From the NCBI GenBank assembly GCA_038225185.1, contig JBBRFA010000001.1, positions 20,754 through 84,753 of the forward strand: DNA of 64,000 nucleotides, read 5' to 3'. This stretch comes from Chthoniobacterales bacterium. GTDB lineage: Bacteria > Verrucomicrobiota > Verrucomicrobiia > Chthoniobacterales > DASVRZ01. Made by a program: the position numbers and the translations under genes. Below, piece by piece: positions 43,291 through 52,203 of the stretch. The notes under the pieces are model-generated. The model was not told the DNA's origin and ran no database searches. It saw only the letters and a list, made by a program, of their open reading frames with translations. Position 1 is the stretch's first letter. Each line of letters begins with the position of its first letter.

Positions 43291-44250
43291 ATGGCGCAAC
43301 CCGTGGCCGACACGTTGGTCGTGGGAGCCGGGGTGGTCGGTCAGATGCTGGCCCATTCGCTCGTCGCCCGCGGCCAGCGGGTCACCCTCGCTCACGACCC
43401 GGCTGTGCCTGGCGCCAGTCGCGTGGCGGCTTGGATGATCAACCCCGTCACGGGCATCCGTTTTGTGCCGTCGTGGCGCATCGAGGAATTTTTGCCGCAC
43501 GCCCTGGCGCGTTATCGACGCATGGAAGCCGGCACAGGACTTTCCTTGTGGCATCCGCGCCGAATTTATCGCCTGTTCCAAGGCGAGGACGAGATACCCC
43601 GCTGGGAAAAAAAGCGTCACCGCCCCGAAATCACGCAGTGGCTGGAAGGCGAATTTGCGGGCGACCCCGGGATCGAAGGGGTGCGTCACACCTTGGGCGG
43701 CCTTATTTTCCGAGGAGGTGGCTGGGTAAACCTGCGGCCCTGGCTGGAACACGGGCTGGATCATCCGCCGCCGGGTCTGCGTATTGTTGAAATCGAAAAA
43801 AACGGTCCGCTGCCCGCCCACGAACGCGTGATTTTTTGCACCGGCTATGGCGCTGCGGGATTGCCCTGGAAACCGGCCAAGGGCGAAATTCTTACCGTGC
43901 AAATTCCCGGTCTGCCTCTCAAGGATATTCTGTTGCGCGGCATTTTTGTGATTCCGCTTGGGGAGAATTTATTTCGGGTGGGAGCGACTTACGAGTGGGA
44001 CGATCTGACGTTGCAACCCACGGCGGCTGGACGGGCCTGGCTGGAGGAAAAGCTCAGCGCCTTGATCACGCTGCCCTATACCGTGGTGGACATTCAGGCG
44101 GGAATACGACCGATTTTGCAGGATGCCCGACCTGTGGCGCGGATGCTGGATACCAGGACGGGAGTTTGCAATGGCTTCGGCTCAAAAGCCGCCCTGATGG
44201 CGCCCTGGCTGACGGATCATTTTCCATTGGAAGGTAGCGAATTTTTTTAA
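43291..44250 (+). CDS. FAD-dependent oxidoreductase (DAO family)
   Basis: 319 aa. N-terminal TLVVGAGVVGQMLAHSLVARGQRVTL dinucleotide fold. The C-terminal part resembles the D-amino-acid/glycine oxidase family. Substrate unknown. Confidence 0.7.
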   Translation: MAQPVADTLVVGAGVVGQMLAHSLVARGQRVTLAHDPAVPGASRVAAWMINPVTGIRFVPSWRIEEFLPHALARYRRMEAGTGLSLWHPRRIYRLFQGEDEIPRWEKKRHRPEITQWLEGEFAGDPGIEGVRHTLGGLIFRGGGWVNLRPWLEHGLDHPPPGLRIVEIEKNGPLPAHERVIFCTGYGAAGLPWKPAKGEILTVQIPGLPLKDILLRGIFVIPLGENLFRVGATYEWDDLTLQPTAAGRAWLEEKLSALITLPYTVVDIQAGIRPILQDARPVARMLDTRTGVCNGFGSKAALMAPWLTDHFPLEGSEFF

Positions 44251-44308
44251 TATCAAGGGAGTGCTGGCAAGTGGGTCGGCGAATGTGTTTAAAATGGCAA
44301 TCCGAACT

Positions 44309-45112
44309 ATGAGCACCCGCATCGACGATACCTTCAACCGCCTCCGCGCCGCCTCGCAAAAGGGCTTTATCGCTTACATCACCGGGGGCGATCCTGATTT
44401 GCCGCGCACCCTCACCGTTGCTCATGCCCTGGAAAGTGCGGGGATCGATCTGCTCGAGATCGGTCTTCCTTTTTCTGATCCGCTGGCCGACGGCATCGCC
44501 AATCAGCTCAGTGCCCAGCGCGCCCTGGAATCGGGCACGACCATCCCCAAGTTACTGGCAATGATCGCTGAGTTTCGTCAGACTTCGCAGCTTCCCATCG
44601 TGATTTATTCTTATCTCAATCCGGTGCTTAACCACGGATTTGCCCGATTCCATGCCGATGCCGCGGCCGCCGGGGTGGACGGTTTGCTCCTGCTCGATCT
44701 GCCGCCCGATGAGGCGCGGCGCAATGCGGGCTTGAACGAGGCGGCGGGGTTGCAGCGCATTTTATTGATTGCCCCGACCACCCCGGCGGCGCGAATTGCC
44801 AGGATTACGGCGGCGGGTCAGGGTTTTATTTATTACGTCTCGCGCGAAGGTGTCACGGGTGAACAAAGCAGTGTCGCCACGGCTCTGCCGGAGCGGGTGG
44901 CCTTGATTCGCTCGACCACGAACCTGCCGATTGCAGTGGGATTTGGCGTGTCAAATCCGGCCCAGGCAGCGGAAGTCGCCTCCGCCGGGGATGCCGTGGT
45001 GGTGGGCAGTGCCATCGTCAAACGCATCCAGGAACACGCGACGGCACCCGATCTGGGTGAAAAAATCGCCGCCTTCGTGCGTCCCATGGTCGAAGCGGTG
45101 AAGGCGGTCTAA
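44309..45112 (+). CDS. trpA: Tryptophan synthase alpha chain
   Basis: MSTRIDDTFNRLRAASQKGFIAYITGGDPDL...LLEIGLPFSDPLADG...YYVSREGVTG..GFGVS. The start could instead be ATG 44294. Confidence 0.9.
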   Translation: MSTRIDDTFNRLRAASQKGFIAYITGGDPDLPRTLTVAHALESAGIDLLEIGLPFSDPLADGIANQLSAQRALESGTTIPKLLAMIAEFRQTSQLPIVIYSYLNPVLNHGFARFHADAAAAGVDGLLLLDLPPDEARRNAGLNEAAGLQRILLIAPTTPAARIARITAAGQGFIYYVSREGVTGEQSSVATALPERVALIRSTTNLPIAVGFGVSNPAQAAEVASAGDAVVVGSAIVKRIQEHATAPDLGEKIAAFVRPMVEAVKAV

Positions 45113-45202
45113 AGCTTTGGTTGAAGCGCGCCAAAGCCATTCCTTAAAATGGAATTTTTTTAATGACCACGGGACGTTTGCCGACATAGTTTGTCGGCAG
45201 CT

Positions 45203-46447
45203 ATGATTCTTGAAAAATTTACCCTCGGTGTTGGGGATCGTTTTGGGCGCGAAGGCGTGGCCCAGCTCGCTGCCTTGCAACAAGCCTCCCGTCTGGGCGT
45301 GGAAGTGATTCCCGTCTGGAACAAATCCAATCGCGAACACACGCTCATCGGCAGTACCCCCGCCGACACCCAGGTCGCCGCTGCTGCAGCGGTCGCCGCC
45401 GCCGGGTGGACCCACCCCTGGCATCTCGATGCCGATCATATCGGGCTAAAAAACGTGGACCGCTTTCTTCCTCATTGCGATTTTTATACGATTGACGTCG
45501 CCGATTTTATCGGGCACCCCGCCACCGCCGGAGAAAGTGCTGCGGTGCGCGGTTTTCTGAGTTCGCTGGTGGGACGTTCGTTCCCCGAATTGGGGCGCGA
45601 GGAACCTGTCGATGCCGCCACGGTGGAGCAGTTTCTGGAGCAATACGCTTATGCCATCCGCGAGGCGGGAAAAATTTACCGTCACATTGCCAAGGCGCGT
45701 GGTGCGGAAAATTTCGTGGCCGAGGTTTCGACCGACGAAGCCGCAACCGCCCAATCTCCGCTCGATCTTTTTTTAATTCTCGGCGCGCTGGCCGGTGAGG
45801 GTGTGCAGGTGGGCACGATTGCACCCAAATTCACCGGACGCTTTAACAAAGGCGTCGATTATGTCGGCGACGTGGCCCGGTTTATCCGGGAATTCGAGCA
45901 GGATCTGGCCGCGATTCGTGTCGCCGTGGCAGAATTCAAGCTCCCCCAAGGGCTGAAAATTAGCGTTCACTCGGGCAGCGATAAATTCTCGCTTTACGGT
46001 CCGATTCGTCAGGTTTTGCACAAACACGATGCCGGTTTGCACCTTAAAACAGCGGGCACCACCTGGCTGGAGGAAGTCATCGGCCTTGCTCTCGCGGACG
46101 TTCAAAGCCTGGTTGTGGCCAAAAAAATCATCACCCAGGCATACGAGCGGATCGATGAACTCAGCCAGCCCTACGCCACGGTGATCGACATTGTGCGCGG
46201 GGATCTGCCCACGCCGGAGACGGTGGCGGGTTGGGACGGCGAAAGTCTTGCCGCCGCGCTCTCGCATGAGCCGACCGATCCGCGTTTTAACCCCTCGCTG
46301 CGACAACTGGTGCACGTGAGTTTCAAGATCGCCGCCGAGTTGGGCGAGGAATATCTCGAAGCGGTGGATGCCGCGCGGGCGACGGTGTCGAAATGTGTGA
46401 CGCACAACCTCTTTGAGCGTCACATTCGCCCGTTGTTTATCGGGTAA
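45203..46447 (+). CDS. Tagaturonate/fructuronate epimerase (UxaE)-like protein
   Basis: About 414 aa. DADHIG, EVSTDE, ISVHSGSDKFSLYGP..., LHLKTAGTTWLEEV and LRQLVHVSFK parallel the Thermotoga UxaE stretches DADHV, EVSVDE, ISLHSGSDKFSVYP, FHVKTAGTSYLEAV and VRQLIHVTYG as I remember them. Confidence 0.65.
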   Translation: MILEKFTLGVGDRFGREGVAQLAALQQASRLGVEVIPVWNKSNREHTLIGSTPADTQVAAAAAVAAAGWTHPWHLDADHIGLKNVDRFLPHCDFYTIDVADFIGHPATAGESAAVRGFLSSLVGRSFPELGREEPVDAATVEQFLEQYAYAIREAGKIYRHIAKARGAENFVAEVSTDEAATAQSPLDLFLILGALAGEGVQVGTIAPKFTGRFNKGVDYVGDVARFIREFEQDLAAIRVAVAEFKLPQGLKISVHSGSDKFSLYGPIRQVLHKHDAGLHLKTAGTTWLEEVIGLALADVQSLVVAKKIITQAYERIDELSQPYATVIDIVRGDLPTPETVAGWDGESLAAALSHEPTDPRFNPSLRQLVHVSFKIAAELGEEYLEAVDAARATVSKCVTHNLFERHIRPLFIG

Positions 46448-46649
46448 AATCATCCTGCCTGCCTTTTTGGCTGCCGCACCATTGCGACGGATCCTGCTTT
46501 TGGGGGGGCACCCGGATGATATTGAGATCGGGTGTGGCGGGACGATGCTGCATTTGCAAAGGCACTATCCCGAGGCGGAATTTCTTTGGGTGGTATTTAC
46601 GGCGAACTCTGCGCGCGAGAAGGAGGCGGCGGCCAAAGTCGCGGGCTGA
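46413..46649 (+). pseudogene. Truncated PIG-L/LmbE-family deacetylase remnant (N-terminal ~55 aa only)
   Basis: ..LRRILLLGGHPDDIEIGCGGTMLHLQRHYPEAEFLWVVFTANSAREKEAAAKVAG-stop. This matches the family N-terminus (AHPDD-E-GCGGT) but stops where 150+ aa should follow. It has no ATG and overlaps the end of the uxaE-like gene. Confidence 0.45.
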
Positions 46650-46739
46650 TGTTGCGGAAAACACTGCTTTTTGGGAAACGGGAACCGCCGTAAACTTCCC
46701 TCTCGACTCGCCGATGAAACCCGACGAGATTTTTCCATC

Positions 46740-47654
46740 ATGTCAACACAGCCTCCACAGCCTCTTACGTTGCTCGTTCTTGCCGCCGGTCTGGGAAGCC
46801 GGTATGGCGGTTTCAAACAAATTGCCCCCGTCGGCCCCAATGGCGAGGTGATCCTGGATTATTCGATTTTTGATGCGTTGCGGGCGGGGTTCAGTCGCGT
46901 GGTGCTAGTGATTCGCCCGGAACTGGAACAGCCTTTGCGGGAACATTTTGCGGAATTTTTAACTCCCGATCTGCAAGTCGAGTTTGTTTTTCAGGAGCTA
47001 ACCGATCTGCCCGCAGGCTTTTCATTGCCGCCCGACCGCGTAAAGCCCTGGGGCACGTGCCATGCCGTGCAGGCGGCGCGTCATGCCATTGCCGGTCCGT
47101 TTGGAGTGATCAATGCGGACGATTTTTACGGGGAAGATTCCTACCGGGTGCTGGCGGAAAGCCTGCACGATCTGCCGGCCAACACGCAGGTTCTCATCGG
47201 GTTCGATTTATTGAAAACCTTGTCGGCGAATGGCACGGTCTCGCGTGGAGTGTGCAAGGTGGCGGTGGACGGCAATCTGGAGGAAGTCGTGGAGGTAACA
47301 AAAATCGAACCCGACGGCGCCGGTGGTGCGCAGGCGATGGATAGTGGTTCCCCCGTTCCGCTCGATCCCGCAGCCATCGTTTCGATGAACATGTGGGGTT
47401 TTGGCGCGGAGGTTTTCGCCGATTTTCAAATTCTTTTTGCCCGTTTTTTAGAAACCAACACGGGTAATCCCAAGGCGGAATTTTACATCCCCTCGGCGGT
47501 CGATGCCCTTATAAAGGAAAAAGGTGCCGTCTGTCGTGTGCGCTCGTCTGCCTCTCCGTGGTTTGGGATTACCTATCCCGAAGACAAGGCGGAAACGGTG
47601 TCGAGCATCCAGGCGCTGGTGACCCGGGGCGATTATCCACAGCGGCTTAACTAG
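46740..47654 (+). CDS. Sugar-phosphate nucleotidyltransferase family protein
   Basis: Track ORF trimmed to ATG 46740. LLVLAAGLGSRYGGFKQIAPVGPNGEVILDYSI is the G-x-G-T/S-R signature of NTP-transferase folds. Also GVINADDFYG. Confidence 0.8.
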   Translation: MSTQPPQPLTLLVLAAGLGSRYGGFKQIAPVGPNGEVILDYSIFDALRAGFSRVVLVIRPELEQPLREHFAEFLTPDLQVEFVFQELTDLPAGFSLPPDRVKPWGTCHAVQAARHAIAGPFGVINADDFYGEDSYRVLAESLHDLPANTQVLIGFDLLKTLSANGTVSRGVCKVAVDGNLEEVVEVTKIEPDGAGGAQAMDSGSPVPLDPAAIVSMNMWGFGAEVFADFQILFARFLETNTGNPKAEFYIPSAVDALIKEKGAVCRVRSSASPWFGITYPEDKAETVSSIQALVTRGDYPQRLN

Positions 47655-47666
47655 TCATCTACTAAC

Positions 47667-48749
47667 ATGAACACCGCGGCGCAGACTTTTTTATTCGATT
47701 TGTTAGACACACCCAGCCCCACGGGGTTTGAGATGGAGGGACAACGCAAGTGGGCCTCCTATGTGAGTGCTTATGCCGGCAAGGTGGAAAACGACGTCTA
47801 TGGCAATACCTGGGCCACGCTGGAATCGGCCACCCCGGGAGCGCGCACCATCATGCTCGAAGCCCATGCCGACGAGATCGGTTTCATCGTCAAACACATT
47901 ACCAAGGAGGGCTGGCTGCGCATCGACCGGGTGGGCGGTTCCGATACGGCGACAGCGCGCGGACGCAGGATTAAAATCCTCGGCGACGACGGTCTCGTCG
48001 ATGGCATTATCGGTAACACCGCGATTCATTTGCGTAAGTTTGCCCTGGCCGATGAGAAGGCGCCCAAGATTCACGAGCTTTACGTGGACGTGGGAGCCAG
48101 CTCGGCCAAGGAAGTCCTCGCGCTCGGCCTGCGGGTGGGACATCCGGCGGTCTATGCCGATGGAGCGATGCTCTTTGGAAAAAATCGGATTGTAGGGCGT
48201 GCCCTGGATAATCGTCTCGGCGGATTTATTTTGAGTCAGGTGCTGGAGCGCCTGAGCAAGAAACGTAAAAAACCTGCCTCCACGGTGGTTGCGGTAAATG
48301 CGGTGCAGGAGGAAATCGGCGGGAACGGTGCCAGGATGGTGACGCATCGTCTCCAGCCCGATCTATGCATTGTGCTCGATGTCACCCATGCGACCGACAC
48401 ACCGGGGATCGATCATGCGACCCATGGCGAAGTGGGCTTGGGAAAAGGTCCCAGCATTACGCATGGCACGGCGAATCATCCGTTGGTGATCGCCAAACTG
48501 TTAAAGGCGGCTGCCCGGGAGAAAATCCCGATCCAGCATGAAAGTAGTTCGCGTTATAGCGGCACGGATACGGATGTTATCTTTACCTCGCGCGACGGCA
48601 TCCCCTGCGCACTGGTGAGCCTGCCACTTCGCTACATGCATAGCATTGTGGAAATGGCCAGCCTGGATGATGTGGAAAAAACGGTGGCTTTGTTAGTAGC
48701 CTTTGTCGAATCGGTGGGGCCGAAAGATAATTTTTCCCATCGATTGTAA
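47667..48749 (+). CDS. M42-family glutamyl aminopeptidase/endoglucanase-like peptidase
   Basis: 360 aa. LLDTPSPTGFE, MLEAHADEIGFIVKHI, RALDNRLG, QEEIGGNGA and YMHS are typical of FrvX/YsdC/PepA M42 proteins. Confidence 0.9.
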   Translation: MNTAAQTFLFDLLDTPSPTGFEMEGQRKWASYVSAYAGKVENDVYGNTWATLESATPGARTIMLEAHADEIGFIVKHITKEGWLRIDRVGGSDTATARGRRIKILGDDGLVDGIIGNTAIHLRKFALADEKAPKIHELYVDVGASSAKEVLALGLRVGHPAVYADGAMLFGKNRIVGRALDNRLGGFILSQVLERLSKKRKKPASTVVAVNAVQEEIGGNGARMVTHRLQPDLCIVLDVTHATDTPGIDHATHGEVGLGKGPSITHGTANHPLVIAKLLKAAAREKIPIQHESSSRYSGTDTDVIFTSRDGIPCALVSLPLRYMHSIVEMASLDDVEKTVALLVAFVESVGPKDNFSHRL

Positions 48750-48783
48750 GGGGATGGGGGCACCGCCTGGAAAGAGGGGCGGA

Positions 48784-48837
48784 AATGGGACTTATGGGAC
48801 CTATGGGGCCTATTGGGCCTATGGGACTTATTTGGTG
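48784..48837. repeat. 9-bp tandem repeat (tatgggacc-like) x5-6
   Basis: aatgggact tatgggacc tatggggcc tattgggcc tatgggact tatttggtg, read directly. Intergenic, between convergent genes. Confidence 0.8.
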
Positions 48838-48911
48838 TGTGATGGCTCTGTGCTGGAAGGGAAACTTTTCATTCTTGATGTTAGTATGCGGCTTTCGCCG
48901 GTTGGGGGGGT

Positions 48912-48952
48912 GTTTTCGGCGAGTCGCCGAAAACTACACGCGAGTCGCGTGT
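48912..48952. repeat. Two adjacent palindromic hairpins sharing the core gcgagtcgc (possible bidirectional terminator or dispersed element)
   Basis: gttttcggcga-g-tcgccgaaaac (48912-48934) and acacgcga-g-tcgcgtgt (48936-48952). They lie 20 nt beyond the deaD stop. Confidence 0.55.
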
Positions 48953-48972
48953 GCTCCCCTTGCGGATGATTC

Positions 48973-50745
48973 CTAACCTGAGACGACGACGGTTAGTTTT
49001 TTGCCTTTGAAATCGATGCCGTTGAGTTTTTTTAGGACGGCACCGAGATGGCTCTCGGCGAGGTCGATCAAGGTGTGGTGATCCTGCAAAATAATCGCAC
49101 CAATGCTGGCTTTGGGGATTTTGGAAGCGCCGGCAATGACTCCGACGAAATCTCCCGGGTGAACACCGTCTTCGCGTCCGAGATTGAAGCGCAGGCGGGT
49201 CATGCCAGGTTCGTGGGAAAGCGCCTCGGCATTTTCCATGTTTTTACGGCGGCGCGACGGTGCACGATCCTCGAAAGAATCGCGATCAAAGGCCGGTCCC
49301 TCGGCGCGACGTTCCCGTCGATTGGGCGCGGTGGAACGGGGTTCGTAGGGAGGATAATCGCCGCGTCCGCCTGGGGCAGGACGTGCGCCGCCGCTGTTGT
49401 CGCGACCTGCAGGGCGCTGGGGGCGATCTTCAAAAATGGGTTCGGGAGTTTGCTTTTTATCGGCGTTGAGCAGGTGAATGAGAGCCGAGGCGATGTCGGT
49501 GGGACTGTGATTTTGAGCCAGCAACCGGTCGATGAGATCGTCGTGTTTCTTGTATTTACCACTTTCGAGTGCTTCGCGGAGGGTGTCGAAGAAGACGTTG
49601 ACGCGTTTGACATCCACCTCATCGGCTGAGGGTATTTTTTCGCGGCGGATCACTCCCTTGGTGAAACGTTGGATGTTTTGCAGTTTGTAGATTTCGCGAC
49701 CGGCAACGAAGGTAATCGCCCGGCCAGAGCGTCCGGCGCGTCCGGTGCGGCCAATGCGATGAACGTAATCTTCGCCGTCGTGGGGCAGATCGTAGTTGAA
49801 GACGACTTCGATGTCGTCCACGTCCAGACCACGGGCGGCGACGTCGGTGGCGACGAGAAACTCGATGTTGCGCTTGCGGAATTTATTCATCACCCGTTCG
49901 CGGAAAGCTTGGGAGATGTCGCCGTGAAGTTTATCGGCGGAATAACCGCGGGCGACGAGATGATCGGTGAGTTCGTCGCACATCATTTTCGTGGCGCAAA
50001 AAATGATGCCAAATTTGATGTCTTGCAGATCGATCAAGCGGCAAAGAACTTCGAGTTTCGAGCGGCGATCCACTTCGTAATAGACTTGCTCGATTTGCGG
50101 CACGGTGAGTTCTTTGGACTCGATTTTGACGCTGGTCGGGTTTTTCGTGAAGGTGCGGATGAGATCCTGGATCGGTTTGGGCAACGTGGCGGAAAAAAAG
50201 ACGGTCTGACGCTCGGCGGGGGCTTGTTTGAGGATGGTGCGAATGTCATCGACGAAACCCATGTCCAACATGCGGTCGGCCTCGTCGAGGATGATCATTT
50301 TAAGGGCATCGAGGCGGAGCGATTTGCGTTCGAGGTGATCCATCACGCGTCCGGGGGTGCCGATGATGATTTGGGCACCGTTTTGGAGGCCGCGGAACTG
50401 GCGTTCGTAGGATTGTCCGCCGTAGATGGGGAGTTCGCGGACGCCGCGTTTGAAAGCGGCGAGCCGGGCGATTTCCTCGGCGACCTGGATGGCGAGTTCC
50501 CGGGTGGGGCAAAGGATGAGGACTTGGGGGGCTTTGAGATCGCCATCGACGGCTTCGATGGCTGGGACGCCGAAAGCGGCGGTTTTACCCGAGCCAGTCT
50601 GGGATTGACCCACGACATCGACGCCAGTGAGGAGCACGGGGATGGCGGCGGATTGGATGGGGGAAGCTTCTTCGTAACCGACTTTGTCGATGGCCTTGAG
50701 CAACTCTGGAGACAGGCCGAGTTCGGTAAATAGTTTTTTCTGCAT
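48973..50745 (-). CDS. deaD: DEAD-box ATP-dependent RNA helicase (DeaD/CsdA-like) with a DbpA-type C-terminal RNA-binding domain
   Basis: 590 aa. Q-motif GYEEASPIQ, AQTGSGKT-like SQTGSGKTAAF, DEAD, SAT, HRIGRTGRAG. Arg/Gly-rich linker followed by the C-terminal fold. Confidence 0.9.
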   Translation of the reverse strand: MQKKLFTELGLSPELLKAIDKVGYEEASPIQSAAIPVLLTGVDVVGQSQTGSGKTAAFGVPAIEAVDGDLKAPQVLILCPTRELAIQVAEEIARLAAFKRGVRELPIYGGQSYERQFRGLQNGAQIIIGTPGRVMDHLERKSLRLDALKMIILDEADRMLDMGFVDDIRTILKQAPAERQTVFFSATLPKPIQDLIRTFTKNPTSVKIESKELTVPQIEQVYYEVDRRSKLEVLCRLIDLQDIKFGIIFCATKMMCDELTDHLVARGYSADKLHGDISQAFRERVMNKFRKRNIEFLVATDVAARGLDVDDIEVVFNYDLPHDGEDYVHRIGRTGRAGRSGRAITFVAGREIYKLQNIQRFTKGVIRREKIPSADEVDVKRVNVFFDTLREALESGKYKKHDDLIDRLLAQNHSPTDIASALIHLLNADKKQTPEPIFEDRPQRPAGRDNSGGARPAPGGRGDYPPYEPRSTAPNRRERRAEGPAFDRDSFEDRAPSRRRKNMENAEALSHEPGMTRLRFNLGREDGVHPGDFVGVIAGASKIPKASIGAIILQDHHTLIDLAESHLGAVLKKLNGIDFKGKKLTVVVSG

Positions 50746-50805
50746 TTTGCGAGACTAACCCGAAACCGGGCTAAAGTCCGCCTAAATCTCGCGGGGAATG
50801 CGGAT

Positions 50806-52077
50806 TTAGGTTTTTACGGGCGGAGCCACGGCTGGGGTAAAGGAGCCGGTAATGAGGCGGGCGGCTTTGCCAAAGGTGAAATAGGAGTAAATCCATTGGG
50901 CAAAAACGAGGAATTGATTGCGCAGACCGACAAGGAAGGCGAGGTGGACGAAAAGCCAGGCCAGCCAGGCGATGAAGCCGGTGAATTTAACAAAATGCAG
51001 ATCGGCCACGGCACGGTTGCGTCCGATGGTCGCCATGCTGCCTTTATCCCAGTATTTGAAAGGAGTGGTGGGGCGGCCACGGGTAAGAGCGAGGATGTTG
51101 GCGGCGGCGTGCACGCCCATTTGCAGGGCGACGGGGGAGACGCCGGGCAGGGGAGCGCCGTTCCGGTGGGCGAAACTGGCCATGTCGCCGAGAACGAAGA
51201 CTTCGCGATGGCCGGCGATGGAGAGGTCGGGTTGCACGATGACGCGTCCGGCACGGTCGGTCTCGGCGCCGAGCATTTTACCGAGGGGCGAGGCGGCGTT
51301 GCCGGCGGCCCAGATGATGGTGTGGGTATCGATGCGTTCACTATCGAAAACGAGGCCGTCGGCATCGATCTGGGTGACGATTTTGCCGACGCGGACATCG
51401 ACTCCGAGTTCGGCGAGATCGTCGAAGGCGGCAGCGGAGAGATCTTCGGCAAACGTGGGCAGGACGCGGGGGGCGGCGTCGATCAGGATGACGCGGGTAA
51501 GCGAGGGGTCGATGGAGCGAAAATCGCGTTTGAGAGCTTGATGGGCGAGTTCGCTGATGGCCCCGGCCATTTCGACTCCGGTGGGGCCACCGCCGATGAC
51601 GACGAAAGTAAGAGCAGCTTGTTGTTCCGCTTTGGAAGTGGCTTTTTCGGCGTTCTCGAAAGCGGTGAGAATGCGGCGGCGCAATTCGATGGCATCTTCG
51701 AGGGTTTTGAGTCCGGGAGCGAAGGTTTCCCATTCGGGATGTCCGAAATAGGAGTGGCGTGCTCCGGCGGCGACGACGAGGTAATCGTAAGTGTGGGTTT
51801 CCTCGTGGGTGACAACGCGTTTTTCGGCGACATCGATCTGGGTGACGTCGGACCACAGGACGCGGACGTTTTTTGCCTCGCGGAGGACGTAGCGCAGAGG
51901 TTGGGCGATATTGGCTGGGGAGAGACCGGCAGTGGCGACTTGGTAAAGAAGAGGCTGGAAAAGGTGATGATTGGTCCGGTCGATGAGGGTGATGTCGAGT
52001 TTTTTGTTAGTCAGACCTTTGGCTACGGAAAGTCCGGCGAAGCCACCGCCGATGATGATCACTTTAGGTTGTTCCAT
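50806..52077 (-). CDS. ndh: Type II NADH:quinone oxidoreductase (NDH-2)
   Basis: VIIIGGGFAGLSVAKGL...NHHLFQPLLYQVATAGL, a second fold VVIGGGPTGVEMAG, and a C-terminal membrane-anchoring helix. Confidence 0.9.
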   Translation of the reverse strand: MEQPKVIIIGGGFAGLSVAKGLTNKKLDITLIDRTNHHLFQPLLYQVATAGLSPANIAQPLRYVLREAKNVRVLWSDVTQIDVAEKRVVTHEETHTYDYLVVAAGARHSYFGHPEWETFAPGLKTLEDAIELRRRILTAFENAEKATSKAEQQAALTFVVIGGGPTGVEMAGAISELAHQALKRDFRSIDPSLTRVILIDAAPRVLPTFAEDLSAAAFDDLAELGVDVRVGKIVTQIDADGLVFDSERIDTHTIIWAAGNAASPLGKMLGAETDRAGRVIVQPDLSIAGHREVFVLGDMASFAHRNGAPLPGVSPVALQMGVHAAANILALTRGRPTTPFKYWDKGSMATIGRNRAVADLHFVKFTGFIAWLAWLFVHLAFLVGLRNQFLVFAQWIYSYFTFGKAARLITGSFTPAVAPPVKT

Positions 52078-52142
52078 GCCCCAACTAAAACGATTGCGGC
52101 GACGGCTTGGAAGCCATTTTATTTGGGGGTTGGCTGGAAAAG

Positions 52143-52168
52143 AAAAAGGCGATCCTCGCGAATCGCCC
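52143..52168 (-). terminator. Rho-independent terminator after the PEP-CTERM gene
   Basis: ggcgat(52148-52153)/atcgcc(52162-52167), flanked by A5 on one side and T6 on the other, so it is usable on either strand. Confidence 0.6.
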
Positions 52169-52203
52169 TTTTTTAAGGAAAAGATGGAAACTAAATTGGG
52201 TGA

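Noticed and set aside
43105-43902. 265-aa minus-strand ORF
   Set aside because: It is antisense to the end of bcp and to the DAO-family oxidoreductase, and crosses a gene boundary. No motifs.
49669-50733. 354-aa ORF on the plus strand
   Set aside because: Antisense shadow of the DEAD-box helicase gene.
50896-52176. 426-aa ORF on the plus strand, plus further ORFs 50814..51452, 50918..51541 and 51341..51856
   Set aside because: All overlap ndh, whose NDH-2 motifs are clear. These are alternative-frame or antisense artefacts with skewed Arg/Pro/Ser or Gly/Asp/Glu composition.
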